From Nemertoderma westbladi (Eukaryota; Animalia; Xenacoelomorpha): a DNA stretch of 64,000 nt. The notes beneath the pieces were generated by a model. The model ran no database searches and had not been told where the DNA came from. It worked only from the letters and a program-made list of their open reading frames with translations. The stretch lies in assembly GCA_032718475.1 (NCBI GenBank), contig JAUCBJ010001188.1, positions 12,912 to 76,911 on the forward strand, read 5' to 3'. A program made the position numbers and the translations under genes. Positions 8,256-18,132 of the stretch are shown here, piece after piece. How positions within the stretch are numbered: the stretch's first letter is position 1; every line of letters starts with the position of its first letter.

Positions 8256-10829
8256 ATGAGTGACAAACAAGACTATACGAAGAACACACAAACCGACTAT
8301 GACTCATGTGACGCGGATAAGTCAGCAGCGGGAGAACAACAGGGGAAGACTCGCGAGCCTACCGAACCTACACCGTGTGCGTCACCAGTACATCCAACGG
8401 GAGTACCGGATGCCGTAGTACGAGGCGACGGCAGGACCGAGGACTTTCTAACTGTTCCGCAACCTAGATATAGGGAAACGGAAATGGTAAGTTCAGCAGG
8501 AAGCACAGAAAGTGTGGTTAGAAGCGTCGGAGGTTACATGGCGCATATAACCAGGAGTATTGGAGAAGGCCAACGCATATTAGACGGGTTGACCGCTCCG
8601 ATGTCTCGATTCGAGTTCTACACCCTCCAGGTTAGAGTACAGAGTAAAGTATATAAGTCCGTAGATAATTTAGTTGGCTTACAAGATCTAGCTAGACAGA
8701 GACAGGACATGGATACTCAACTTAGAATCCTAGAGAAACTAATGATCACTAGAGAGAAACTGATTCAGTTTAAGTCGACGATTAGACAGATACAACAGGA
8801 ACAAGCGGACCAGTTGTTAGGTGAGTCAGTTTCGGACGAATTATTACAACCCGAGGAAGAACAGGAACTGTACCGACTGGATGGACAATTGAAACACCTG
8901 ACGGATCACTTGCGCATGTGCGGCGAAGACGTCGGGGATTGGGAAACCGTGCCGGAGGCTACGAGGGAAACTTCACTCGCACAAATCGAATCGGCACCGG
9001 GAATACTAAATCAATCGCTGGTGAGTATTCGTAGCGAAATCTGCGAGGGAAGTATAGTCACGTCAGAAGTTGCTCGACAACAGCAAGAATTCTGCCGACA
9101 ACGACGAGAAATGGAGGAACAAGCTCAACTTCTAGTGATGCAGGCAGCAGTAGAGGAAGAGAAGCTACGCGTTGCGAATATAGCGAGAATCTCTCATCTA
9201 CAGGAACAAGCTGAATTAGAAGCAGCTGAAGTAGAAAGGTTAGAGGTAGACATTGCCCGACAAGCGGCAGCGGCAGCGGCCGAGTCAGAGCGACAAGCGG
9301 CAGCGGCAGCGGCAGAGTCAGAGCGACAAGCGGCAGCGGCAGCGGCAGAGTCAGAGCGACAAGCGGCAGCGGCAGCGGCGGAATTAGAACGAGACAGGTT
9401 AGTTTCGGAAGCACGGGCCGAAATGAAAACACGGCAAATAAAAGCTCAATCCGCCATACGACAAGCAGAATTTGAGGCGCAACAACGACAAACGGAACAA
9501 CGAGAGAAGACAGCTAAACTTCATTTCGAACTTGAGAAGAAGGCGAGAGAATTAGCGAACGCTGAGGAAGATCTGGATCAAAAGGCCCGCGATCGATCGA
9601 TGAGATCTCGTGACGGACATGATTTGGACCAGTTAGAGGTAAGACATCGCCAAATTCAGGAACGGAAGAAGGAAGGAAGCGTAGGAGCACCCGGACGGGA
9701 ACGACAATTAGTAAAAGACGTGTGTCAACGATTCCCACAGGTAACTCATATGTTTGCACCGGTTACGACTAAGGAACCTGTTTCGATTGCGGGTAGTAGT
9801 GATATTTCTCCTATCCATGGTGCGACGGAACACAGGTTTGTTATTCCGAACGAGTTTATACCGCCAAGAGCAACGTCGTCGCCTATTCCGAGAGTCAAGG
9901 TAAGTAACCCACCGATTACAGATCGTAGTAGTTTATTGACCAGACCCGCACTACTGACGACAAAACAGGTGAGTCCACCTTTGACACCTAAACCCGTTAC
10001 ACATTACGCTTATCCAATGACGTTTCGACCTACAAGGCCAGTTGTTTCGAATGCTGTCATTCGCCCACCGAACCAGTTTACATCGCAATCTACGACTTCG
10101 AGGAAGACTTGTGAGCCTACCGAACAACGGAGAACAGTGGATACGCGACCGGTTCAGTTTACATCGCAATCTACGACTTCGAGGAAGACTTGTGAGCCTA
10201 CCGAACAACGGAGAACAGTGGATACGCGACCGGTTCAGTTTACATCGCAATCTACGACTTCGAGGAAGACTTGTGAGCCTACCGAACAACGGAGATCAGT
10301 GGACGATGTTCCGAAACGGAACGTTAGAATTCGAACAACGCAACGAACGCGAGCACGTCGACCACCATATCCAGATGATAGTAGTACTTCGAGCGAATCG
10401 GATTACCCGAAACGCGAGGTATTTAGAACAGGGGCGGCCGACGAATATAAACGCGAGCGTTCAGACAACTCCTTTGCAGACAATCCTCCACAGAATACAC
10501 CGACACAGAAGGCGTTACCACCAGCGGGCGCGATCGGTGCGCAACAGTTCGCCGACATTGTCAACAAGTTGGCCCGGATTGAGGAACGTCTGGAGGAAGG
10601 TTACACCGACAGTTCGAGAAATTCCGAATTCGAACACAATAGACACCCGAAGGAACCACAAAGACCGGTACCTTCAAACCCCATATCGTATCAGGGAAAA
10701 GCGCCAAGAAGGGATCATCAACCAAGTTACCAACCAAGGACGCGAAACTCTGAACGTTGCCGAGGAGATAGCGAAATTCGCAGCCAGACAGGGATTGCCG
10801 GTACAACAACCACCGAAGTTCTCCGGTAG
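8256..10829 (+). CDS. BEL element N-terminal Gag extension (coiled-coil and low complexity)
   Basis: 857-aa ORF with an E/Q/R-rich coiled coil, repeated RQAAAAAAESE and three 27-aa repeats. It overlaps the Gag core frame near 10740. Confidence 0.75.
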   Translation: MSDKQDYTKNTQTDYDSCDADKSAAGEQQGKTREPTEPTPCASPVHPTGVPDAVVRGDGRTEDFLTVPQPRYRETEMVSSAGSTESVVRSVGGYMAHITRSIGEGQRILDGLTAPMSRFEFYTLQVRVQSKVYKSVDNLVGLQDLARQRQDMDTQLRILEKLMITREKLIQFKSTIRQIQQEQADQLLGESVSDELLQPEEEQELYRLDGQLKHLTDHLRMCGEDVGDWETVPEATRETSLAQIESAPGILNQSLVSIRSEICEGSIVTSEVARQQQEFCRQRREMEEQAQLLVMQAAVEEEKLRVANIARISHLQEQAELEAAEVERLEVDIARQAAAAAAESERQAAAAAAESERQAAAAAAESERQAAAAAAELERDRLVSEARAEMKTRQIKAQSAIRQAEFEAQQRQTEQREKTAKLHFELEKKARELANAEEDLDQKARDRSMRSRDGHDLDQLEVRHRQIQERKKEGSVGAPGRERQLVKDVCQRFPQVTHMFAPVTTKEPVSIAGSSDISPIHGATEHRFVIPNEFIPPRATSSPIPRVKVSNPPITDRSSLLTRPALLTTKQVSPPLTPKPVTHYAYPMTFRPTRPVVSNAVIRPPNQFTSQSTTSRKTCEPTEQRRTVDTRPVQFTSQSTTSRKTCEPTEQRRTVDTRPVQFTSQSTTSRKTCEPTEQRRSVDDVPKRNVRIRTTQRTRARRPPYPDDSSTSSESDYPKREVFRTGAADEYKRERSDNSFADNPPQNTPTQKALPPAGAIGAQQFADIVNKLARIEERLEEGYTDSSRNSEFEHNRHPKEPQRPVPSNPISYQGKAPRRDHQPSYQPRTRNSERCRGDSEIRSQTGIAGTTTTEVLR

Positions 10830-12729
10830 CTCAAAACACTGGCATACCTTCGTAGACTATATTGAATCCCAGATCGCCGTGTGCGCCTTTACGTCACGAG
10901 AGAAGTTCAATTACTTGCTCCAAACGTTGTCAGGAGAACCTAAACGTTTGGCGGAGACTTTCGTCGGTGTACCAGACGCTTTCGAACTAGCGTACGATCG
11001 TTTGACTTCGATATACGGAGGTACAGTGAGTATGGCCAGGTCAGTAATAGAAGAACTCTGTAAGGGAGGGGCTATCACTAAACCCGTCGACTTACTAAAA
11101 CTGGCTGACGAGATTAAGAACGCTATCACTACCTTAAGATCAATTGGACAACTTGATTACGGGAATACACCTACAGTCCTATTAAAGATAATAGGACGAC
11201 TCCACCATCGACTTCGTCGGGAGTGGAGGAAGGTCGAATATCAGCGAGAGGAGCGAGGAGGATTCCTAAAATTAGAAGATGTGTACCTTTTAATATCCAG
11301 GGAGGCGGTAGTAGAAACTCGATCTAACTATACCGACCAGCACATCGTGGCAGAAGGAATCACACTGCCATCCTCCAACCGACAAAAACCCCAGACAACA
11401 TCCACAAAGACGGCCACTTACGCCACACCGACGGAATCACGACAATTCTCAGACGGCAATAGAGTATCTGCGCCCATTGGGACGAAACAGACGAGACAGC
11501 AACTCAGCGCCGACTTCAACGGCTGCCAATACTGCGAACATTTGGGTAAGCGGTATATTGGTCACAAGTTACGAGGTTGTCGACAATTTCGCGAGTTGAA
11601 CTCAGAAGAACGACGGCTGCAGATACGGCCACTGGACTCTTGTTGGCGGTGTACGCGACACGGACACGTGCGCAAGGATTGCCCAAATACCGACACTTGT
11701 CCATCCTGTGGACGCAACCACGACGGTCTGCTCCACACAGACAGCCACACGCCGACGAAACGCTTCGCCAGGGAACACCCGGAAGCAGCAGCGAGATGTG
11801 ATGCGGCTTACCGAAAACGGGAATCGAAAACGACTCCGACTTTCGTGACCCATATAGAGGATTGCTTTTCAGAACAATCCGGATCGTCGGACGAAGAATC
11901 AGAAGACGACGAATATTCTAATGGAGACGAACAACCGTCAATCGCGCTCCTGACCACTGACCAACTGAAGGGATTCAGTGTAATCCCGATTAAAGTTACT
12001 GGCACAAAAGGGAGTAAGAGGATTTACGCGATTCTAGACTCAGCCTCATCTCACAGTTACGTAGATGAAAAGATAGCTGACGTCGTAACAGATCTTAGAC
12101 AAGGTAAGCACGTCAGTTATACAGTAAGTAGTATGCACGGCCAGCGTGCAATACCAGTGACACGAGTTAAGTTGGACTTAGACTCTCTTCTTCCAAAATC
12201 GCAACACAGCGAGAGGGAGAGGTCTTTGTTGCCCTTTAGAGATCTAACCTTTGCGGCCACGAAGGACTTTAGTAACCTACTAGGTCCAGTGCCGGAACAA
12301 TCTCTGGAGGACCGTAAGTATTTCAGACACCTTGGTGTACCCGAATGTCCTGTCAATTATAGATCGGTAGCAATGCTGATCGGGACGGACCAATTCAACC
12401 TACATCAGGTGTGGGAAACCAGACCATCGGCAGTTGTAGCAGGAAACGCATACGCCTGCAGAACGCCGATAGGGTGGTATACTCGAGCGCCTGTGCGCAC
12501 ACTGGACGTAAGTGACGAGGAAGACGACGTACAGAGTACATGTAGTTTATTGACTACAAACTCAATTCATTCCTTTTCACACGACGTGAACCATACTACG
12601 CTACAGTCGACAAAACATCACAGACGTGTAACTAGTATGATAAGTCACAAGGAGCAGCTAACCCACAAGGTGAGTTTAGAAACTTGGGGGGAAGATGAGT
12701 CAGCTAGAGATTCCATCGACGACAGATGA
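10042..12729 (+). CDS. gag-pro: BEL/Pao Gag core, zinc knuckles and aspartic protease (homology begins about 10740)
   Basis: PPKFSGSSKHWHTF...KFNYLLQTLSGEPK capsid region; CQYC..H..C, CWRCTRHGHVRKDC and CPSCGRNHDGLLH; protease AILDSASSHSY, MLIGTD and TPIGW. Confidence 0.9.
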   Translation: MFRMLSFAHRTSLHRNLRLRGRLVSLPNNGEQWIRDRFSLHRNLRLRGRLVSLPNNGEQWIRDRFSLHRNLRLRGRLVSLPNNGDQWTMFRNGTLEFEQRNEREHVDHHIQMIVVLRANRITRNARYLEQGRPTNINASVQTTPLQTILHRIHRHRRRYHQRARSVRNSSPTLSTSWPGLRNVWRKVTPTVREIPNSNTIDTRRNHKDRYLQTPYRIREKRQEGIINQVTNQGRETLNVAEEIAKFAARQGLPVQQPPKFSGSSKHWHTFVDYIESQIAVCAFTSREKFNYLLQTLSGEPKRLAETFVGVPDAFELAYDRLTSIYGGTVSMARSVIEELCKGGAITKPVDLLKLADEIKNAITTLRSIGQLDYGNTPTVLLKIIGRLHHRLRREWRKVEYQREERGGFLKLEDVYLLISREAVVETRSNYTDQHIVAEGITLPSSNRQKPQTTSTKTATYATPTESRQFSDGNRVSAPIGTKQTRQQLSADFNGCQYCEHLGKRYIGHKLRGCRQFRELNSEERRLQIRPLDSCWRCTRHGHVRKDCPNTDTCPSCGRNHDGLLHTDSHTPTKRFAREHPEAAARCDAAYRKRESKTTPTFVTHIEDCFSEQSGSSDEESEDDEYSNGDEQPSIALLTTDQLKGFSVIPIKVTGTKGSKRIYAILDSASSHSYVDEKIADVVTDLRQGKHVSYTVSSMHGQRAIPVTRVKLDLDSLLPKSQHSERERSLLPFRDLTFAATKDFSNLLGPVPEQSLEDRKYFRHLGVPECPVNYRSVAMLIGTDQFNLHQVWETRPSAVVAGNAYACRTPIGWYTRAPVRTLDVSDEEDDVQSTCSLLTTNSIHSFSHDVNHTTLQSTKHHRRVTSMISHKEQLTHKVSLETWGEDESARDSIDDR
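10073..10302 (+). repeat. 81-bp coding tandem repeat, about 3 copies
   Basis: cagtttacatcgcaatctacgacttcgaggaagacttgtgagcctaccgaacaacggaga... recurs with period 81. Confidence 0.9.
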
Positions 12730-15091
12730 TAGGCTTGCGAGTCTACCTACCCCAACGACACCAACAATGCCCGTCGATACAAAGAAAAGGACGACGGCGG
12801 CAAAACTCAAGAAAAAACCGAAGGCGAAATGGAAAGATATAACTTCAAAGGTCAAGAGAGGAAGACTTGCGAGCCTTTCTACACCAGACATATCGCCAGA
12901 CGGTCAACCAGACATATCGCCAGACGGTCAACCAGACACGTTACTAGACGGTCAACCAGACGTTTTGCCAGACATATCACAAAATGTTCCACCAGACGTT
13001 AGTAACGCACTGACAAACAGTAAAGCCGCAGTTTCCCTATTGGAGCGGCCTTCTATTGACAAACAACCAGATACGTTACCAGACGTATCGCCAGACACAC
13101 TACTAGACAGTCGACTAGACACTAGTAATGTATTGACTAACAATAAAGCCGCAGTTTCCCTATTGGAGCGGCCTTGTATTGACAAACTACCAATTTTGAC
13201 ACACTTGAGCAACCATAAGCATGGTGAAACCTCATGTATTACAGATGTGGGTAGTACCTACGCTAATGTAAATACAGGTGTTACTTTGCGCTCAAGAGAC
13301 ATACCGAACTTACAACCTATGGTGAGACCTGGGATTAATGTCGGCAGAAAAATAAGTTTACCGAAACCTGCTGACCCCATAGAGTTCAAACCACCATTAA
13401 CGATCGACTTACAAAGTACCGACAATCAAGGTAAGAAGACAAAGAAGGACAAATTACTTGTAGACCCGGACGGATCAACAGTCAACAAGGGAATACTTAC
13501 CGGCGGACCCGTGGGCCCTTCTAGTAATTCAAAACCTTCCAAGTTCTCCATTGACTTACCTGATGACGTCACAAATACTTACGTCGACCGTATTGTAAAC
13601 TTAACAGATTCTTGGTCAAACGCTTGCCGAAAATTAGCGTGGATTGTACGTTTTGTACAATACGTTAAAGGCAAACGTGACTTCACACGTCGACTTACAT
13701 TGGCTGAGATTGACAGGTGTGAGATTAAATTAATTCGCCATTACCAACTGAGATATTTCGCGCGCGAATTCACATCCATAAATCAAGGTCAACCAATCAA
13801 GTCGTCACCGATACTGAGTTGGAGTCCGATTATTTATAATGGCTTAATTTGTCATAAATCTCGGCTTCAAAACATTGACTTTAACACGAACTTTAGGTAC
13901 CCAATAATAATACCGCAACATCACGAACTACAACGTGCAATGATACTGGACGCACATTTACATCTGAAACACGCTGGAAGACACCACTGTCTTTCCTACT
14001 TACGTACTAGATTTGTATTAATTAGACCCAGTAAAGCATTAAGTTCAGTGACACGTACGTGTATTATTTGTAAAAAGGTACATTCTAGAATAGGTACCCA
14101 AGAAATGAGTGAACTACCACAAGCACGACTTCAAGCATTCAGACCACCTTTTACAGAGACTGGAATTGATTGCTTTGGTCCCATACATACGAAACGTGGA
14201 CGTATACTAGTAAAACGCTGGGGACTGATTTTCACATGTATGTCCAGTAGGGCAGTTCACATTGAACGTGTGATGGATCTTTCCACCAACGCGTTTATAC
14301 TAGCACTGCGGCGATTTATCGCTAGACGCGGACTAGTAAAATGCTTGTACTCAGACCAAGGGACAAACTTCGTTGGTGCTCGGAATGAGATTGCTAGAGC
14401 CTTTAAGAAATTAGATCATGATCAAATCTCGAACGAACTGCAACCTCACAAGATTGTTTGGAAGTTCAATCCTCCAGATAGTCCTTGGAGAGGCGGAGTC
14501 TGGGAGAGATTGATTAGATCTATAAAGACAGCCATGGCAAAGGTCATTCCAGTAAACCACATATTAACAGACGACCAACTGACAACATTGTTTGTTGAAA
14601 TCGAGGCAATACTAAATACTAGACCAATAGTATTAGTACCCGATGACAAACAATCTCAGTTTGCTTTGACACCGGCACACCTGCTAATGCAGGCACCGAC
14701 GACTTTGACACCGATTTCTATTCCAATAGAAAGCGACAGCTATGGTAGAAAAGCGTGGAAAATCACGCAACTACTGGCTAACAAATTCTGGGAAATATGG
14801 CAAAACCATTATTTGCCCTCTATTTCTGCCAGAACAACATGGTACAATAACACCCGTGCATTAAAGCCGGGAGATCACGTGCTGTTGGCAGAAGTGAATC
14901 TGAAAAGACGCTTCTGGATAACAGGTGTCATTTTAGCCACACATCCATCTATGGATGGAGTGACAAGAACTGTGACGGTACGGACAATTGACGGTCGTAC
15001 AGTAGACAGACCGACTCAACGTCTCGTACTCCTTGAAGAGACTCGTAACGAGTCTGGAGATTACAAATCTCCACCTAATACTAGTAAATAA
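12695..15091 (+). CDS. BEL/Pao integrase preceded by a repetitive linker where RT-RNase H would be
   Basis: HLHLKHAG...CIIC zinc-binding motif, TGIDCFGP, YSDQGTNFVG and GGVWERLIRSIK (DDE), and a DUF5641-like C-terminus. There is no YxDD and no RNase H motif. Confidence 0.92.
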   Translation: MSQLEIPSTTDDRLASLPTPTTPTMPVDTKKRTTAAKLKKKPKAKWKDITSKVKRGRLASLSTPDISPDGQPDISPDGQPDTLLDGQPDVLPDISQNVPPDVSNALTNSKAAVSLLERPSIDKQPDTLPDVSPDTLLDSRLDTSNVLTNNKAAVSLLERPCIDKLPILTHLSNHKHGETSCITDVGSTYANVNTGVTLRSRDIPNLQPMVRPGINVGRKISLPKPADPIEFKPPLTIDLQSTDNQGKKTKKDKLLVDPDGSTVNKGILTGGPVGPSSNSKPSKFSIDLPDDVTNTYVDRIVNLTDSWSNACRKLAWIVRFVQYVKGKRDFTRRLTLAEIDRCEIKLIRHYQLRYFAREFTSINQGQPIKSSPILSWSPIIYNGLICHKSRLQNIDFNTNFRYPIIIPQHHELQRAMILDAHLHLKHAGRHHCLSYLRTRFVLIRPSKALSSVTRTCIICKKVHSRIGTQEMSELPQARLQAFRPPFTETGIDCFGPIHTKRGRILVKRWGLIFTCMSSRAVHIERVMDLSTNAFILALRRFIARRGLVKCLYSDQGTNFVGARNEIARAFKKLDHDQISNELQPHKIVWKFNPPDSPWRGGVWERLIRSIKTAMAKVIPVNHILTDDQLTTLFVEIEAILNTRPIVLVPDDKQSQFALTPAHLLMQAPTTLTPISIPIESDSYGRKAWKITQLLANKFWEIWQNHYLPSISARTTWYNNTRALKPGDHVLLAEVNLKRRFWITGVILATHPSMDGVTRTVTVRTIDGRTVDRPTQRLVLLEETRNESGDYKSPPNTSK

Positions 15092-15752
15092 TTAGGAGTT
15101 TACAAATAGATTTCCACGTACCTGTACACCGTAGTAAGGACAGCGGTAGAATTCCATTGTCTTTATATGTGAACATTGAGGGTAGTACCCTTATGTGTCA
15201 CATAGGAGCGGGATTTGTAGGTATAAGAAATGGAATTCTACTTGGAACTCACAATATTGAGACATTTTCGAAATTTTAGACAATCCATTTGGATTTGAAA
15301 AATTTTTAAAATTTTCTCCAGTGAATAGATTTCAGGGTACAGTCGGGTGGAACTTAAAATTAGAGAAACAAGAGAGGAAGACTTGCGAGCCTTTCTTAAA
15401 ATTTTTAATTAAATTTTACACGGTCTTGTTTCAATAAGTTACGTCAAAATAGACTCCCCTATATTTATTACTAATTCTTGACTGCTTATTTTCTGATAAT
15501 AGTTTGGGATCAAAAAGTGAGTATTTTAGACTCACGGCCAGTTTAGCCCAAATTCGTTTTTATTTCGGCAAAAAATTTTAGATAAGAAGCAGCGTGTCAT
15601 TAAAGAAACCTTAGATCTTAGGCTATGGGTAGGAGGTTAGAGCGTTGTCGAAGCCCAAAAGGCAGACGAAACTCTCACGTCTCCTCACAACTAACCACAA
15701 ACTCTGTTGTATTCCCTCTAGTAGTAATGATTATGTAACTACACCTCTAATT

Positions 15753-17455
15753 ATGGAGAAAGGGATACAAAGAGAGCCGAGATGGGGATATGATATCCAA
15801 GAGGAGGCGGCAGCTTCATTCGAACGATTTGGAGCAAAAGACTACACTATATTTGGTATAAAGGAATTATCAGAAAGTACAGCGAAGCTCGCAAAGACAG
15901 CAATGCCTTTACTCGAGCAGGATTTAGCATATTTCGAGACGTGTATCTTCGCTGTGCGGGATCTCTTATCGAAAGACCATCTATGTTTACATTGTTACCC
16001 TATGAAGGAGAACGTATCGTGGAGATTACGGATGAATCACGGCAGACGCGCGCGCCTATCGGTCACCTTGGTGATGAATTCGAAGTAACTACTACGATCG
16101 CCGACGATCCTTTAGAGGAACTTCTTGAGATCGAAAGGAACCTCCCGAAGAAATCTCAGACGGAGATTCGACAACTTGAAGCAACAGATGCTATAGTTTG
16201 CCTACAACCTTCAGAAACCTACCAACCCATAGACCCAGATGATTACGATTATAGTATGGGAGGAAGCGCTCGACCGATTGGAGATCTTATATACGAACGA
16301 GTGTGGTACCCTGCTAATACGATGTGTAGTAAATGTGGCGTCGCTGGACATCATATGGCAAAGTGCAGTGGAAAGCACATTACTACGACTCAGCTAATCT
16401 GTGGATGGTGTGGGGATCAAGGGTCTCATACCTTTTATACTTGCTGGAGATTTATGGCTCAATGTACTTACTGCAATATAAAGGGACATCGAGCATCTGA
16501 ATGCCAACTGAGAGATATACCTTATGAACACGAATCTGTAAAACTCGTGAGGAAGTTATTTGATGAGTGGGCAGATTTAGCCGACGAACATGTATCGGCA
16601 CAGAGAAGACGGTTTCCGATGAGAGCGCATCTCGGATTTTGGGCGGTAAATCCCCAGACGATGATGTCGGAAGGATACATCTCCGCTATGCCTCAATATG
16701 ACGAACTTATCGAGGTTGTCGATATTTTGCCCCACGACAGCGGATTCCGAGTGGTGCGCGAGTATCTGTTACAAATTCACCCGGATAACAAAAACACGTG
16801 GAATTTTCAGAAAGTCGTTAATCGGATTACGTATGGTGAATTCGATCGTTTCCGAACTGAAAGGCGGAACAAGGGAGCTTGGTTAACCGTCGCATGGGCG
16901 TACCGAGCCGCGTTTTACCACAAACGTATACGAGCGAGCGTATTCGAGGAAGAAGAGGTCCTAGAGGCGACAAATATACCAGCCACTCCGGTTGCGCCGT
17001 CTGCACGTCACCCTCGGGAGGACGGGCAGGGTAGGATCATACGGGTCTAGAAAGTGGGCCAACAATTAAAGAAAATTATTAATGTAGAAGAACGCAAGGG
17101 AGTTGAGCCGACTATTCGAGTTACTCGGGATACGGTATCACTTCCAAGAGAACCAGTAGGAGGATCGGGACATACACCAGCTGATCAACAGGGGGCGCAA
17201 GCTACTCTCGGGTCTGCGTCGTCCGCTTCTCACGCGTTCCCAGACGTTCTACCAACTGTAGTGACGACTGATCGGTCACGAGGAATTGGTCGAGGTTTTG
17301 GGATGCCAAATAGACGAATTTGTGAGGAAATAGTCGCACCGTCTCTTAACGTCCCAAGTAAACCAGTGACTCGCCCCATTAGTCCCATATCGCGAGCAAA
17401 GTCACCTGTGCGCAGTTTTCGAGGACGCGGCAGGGCTCGATCAACTAAGCGATAA
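15753..17455 (+). CDS. Accessory ORF 3' of integrase with three CCHC knuckles and RG motifs (one frameshift and one internal stop in this copy)
   Basis: ATG at 15753, frameshift near 15960-16000, knuckles CSKCGVAGHHMAKC, CGWCGDQGSHTFYTC and CTYCNIKGHRASEC. TAG at 17048-17050 is followed by an in-frame continuation ending FRGRGRARSTKR. Confidence 0.7.
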
Positions 17456-18125
17456 AAGGGAGGGCAAGGGTGGACGGAAGACTCGTGAGCCTTTCTTATG
17501 ATTTATGATTTATTTTGAATTATATGTTTTATATTTAGAAAATAAAACTTATATTATTTATGTTTCATATTTGAGATGCAAAGATTTATATTATTCCAAA
17601 CTTATGCAATTTGTATTGTTCCGAACATTATGCAATTTATATTTTATAAGCAGTATTTGTATTTACAGTGTAAAAGAGAAAGTTTTATAGACAGAAAATT
17701 TTGTGCTCAGAAAGACTCATATTTGTAATTATTCCAAACTTATGCAATCTACATTTAGGTACGAAAGTATTTGTAATTACTTGAATTTATGCAATATTTG
17801 AGATGCAATAGTAGATGGAAGACTTGCGAGCCTTTCTTATTGTTTTCATTTATTTGTATTTGTAATTGTTTGAATTTATGCAATATCTGAGATGCAATAG
17901 ATTTACATTGGTGAATTTAATTTAGATTTATATTGTACTTAGTTAGTAAAGCCTTAAATACGTAAAGTTTGAATTTGTAATTATTTTGTATCGAATCATT
18001 ACGTAGAAAGGAAGTATTGTTTGAAACTTAATTGTAAATATGTAAGTACGCCCTAAGTATTCTATAGTTTGATTGATTATTGGTGAAAACCGTATATTTT
18101 ATGCACGATAATATCCTGTTTTCAT

Positions 18126-18132
18126 GGAGCGG
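18126..18132 (+). promoter_or_regulatory. Short polypurine tract before the 3' LTR
   Basis: GGAGCGG lies directly before TATAGAATT at 18133. Confidence 0.55.

Noticed and set aside
10042-10740. N-terminal part of the 895-aa ORF as real protein
   Set aside because: It is an alternative-frame reading of the 81-bp repeats; Gag homology starts only near 10740.
8297-14649. Numerous short antisense ORFs opposite gag, protease and integrase
   Set aside because: They are shadow ORFs of GC-richer coding strands without motifs; the same applies opposite the Gypsy, hAT, RTE and second BEL regions.
15753-17455. env gene
   Set aside because: No signal peptide, furin site plus fusion peptide, or transmembrane anchor is visible.
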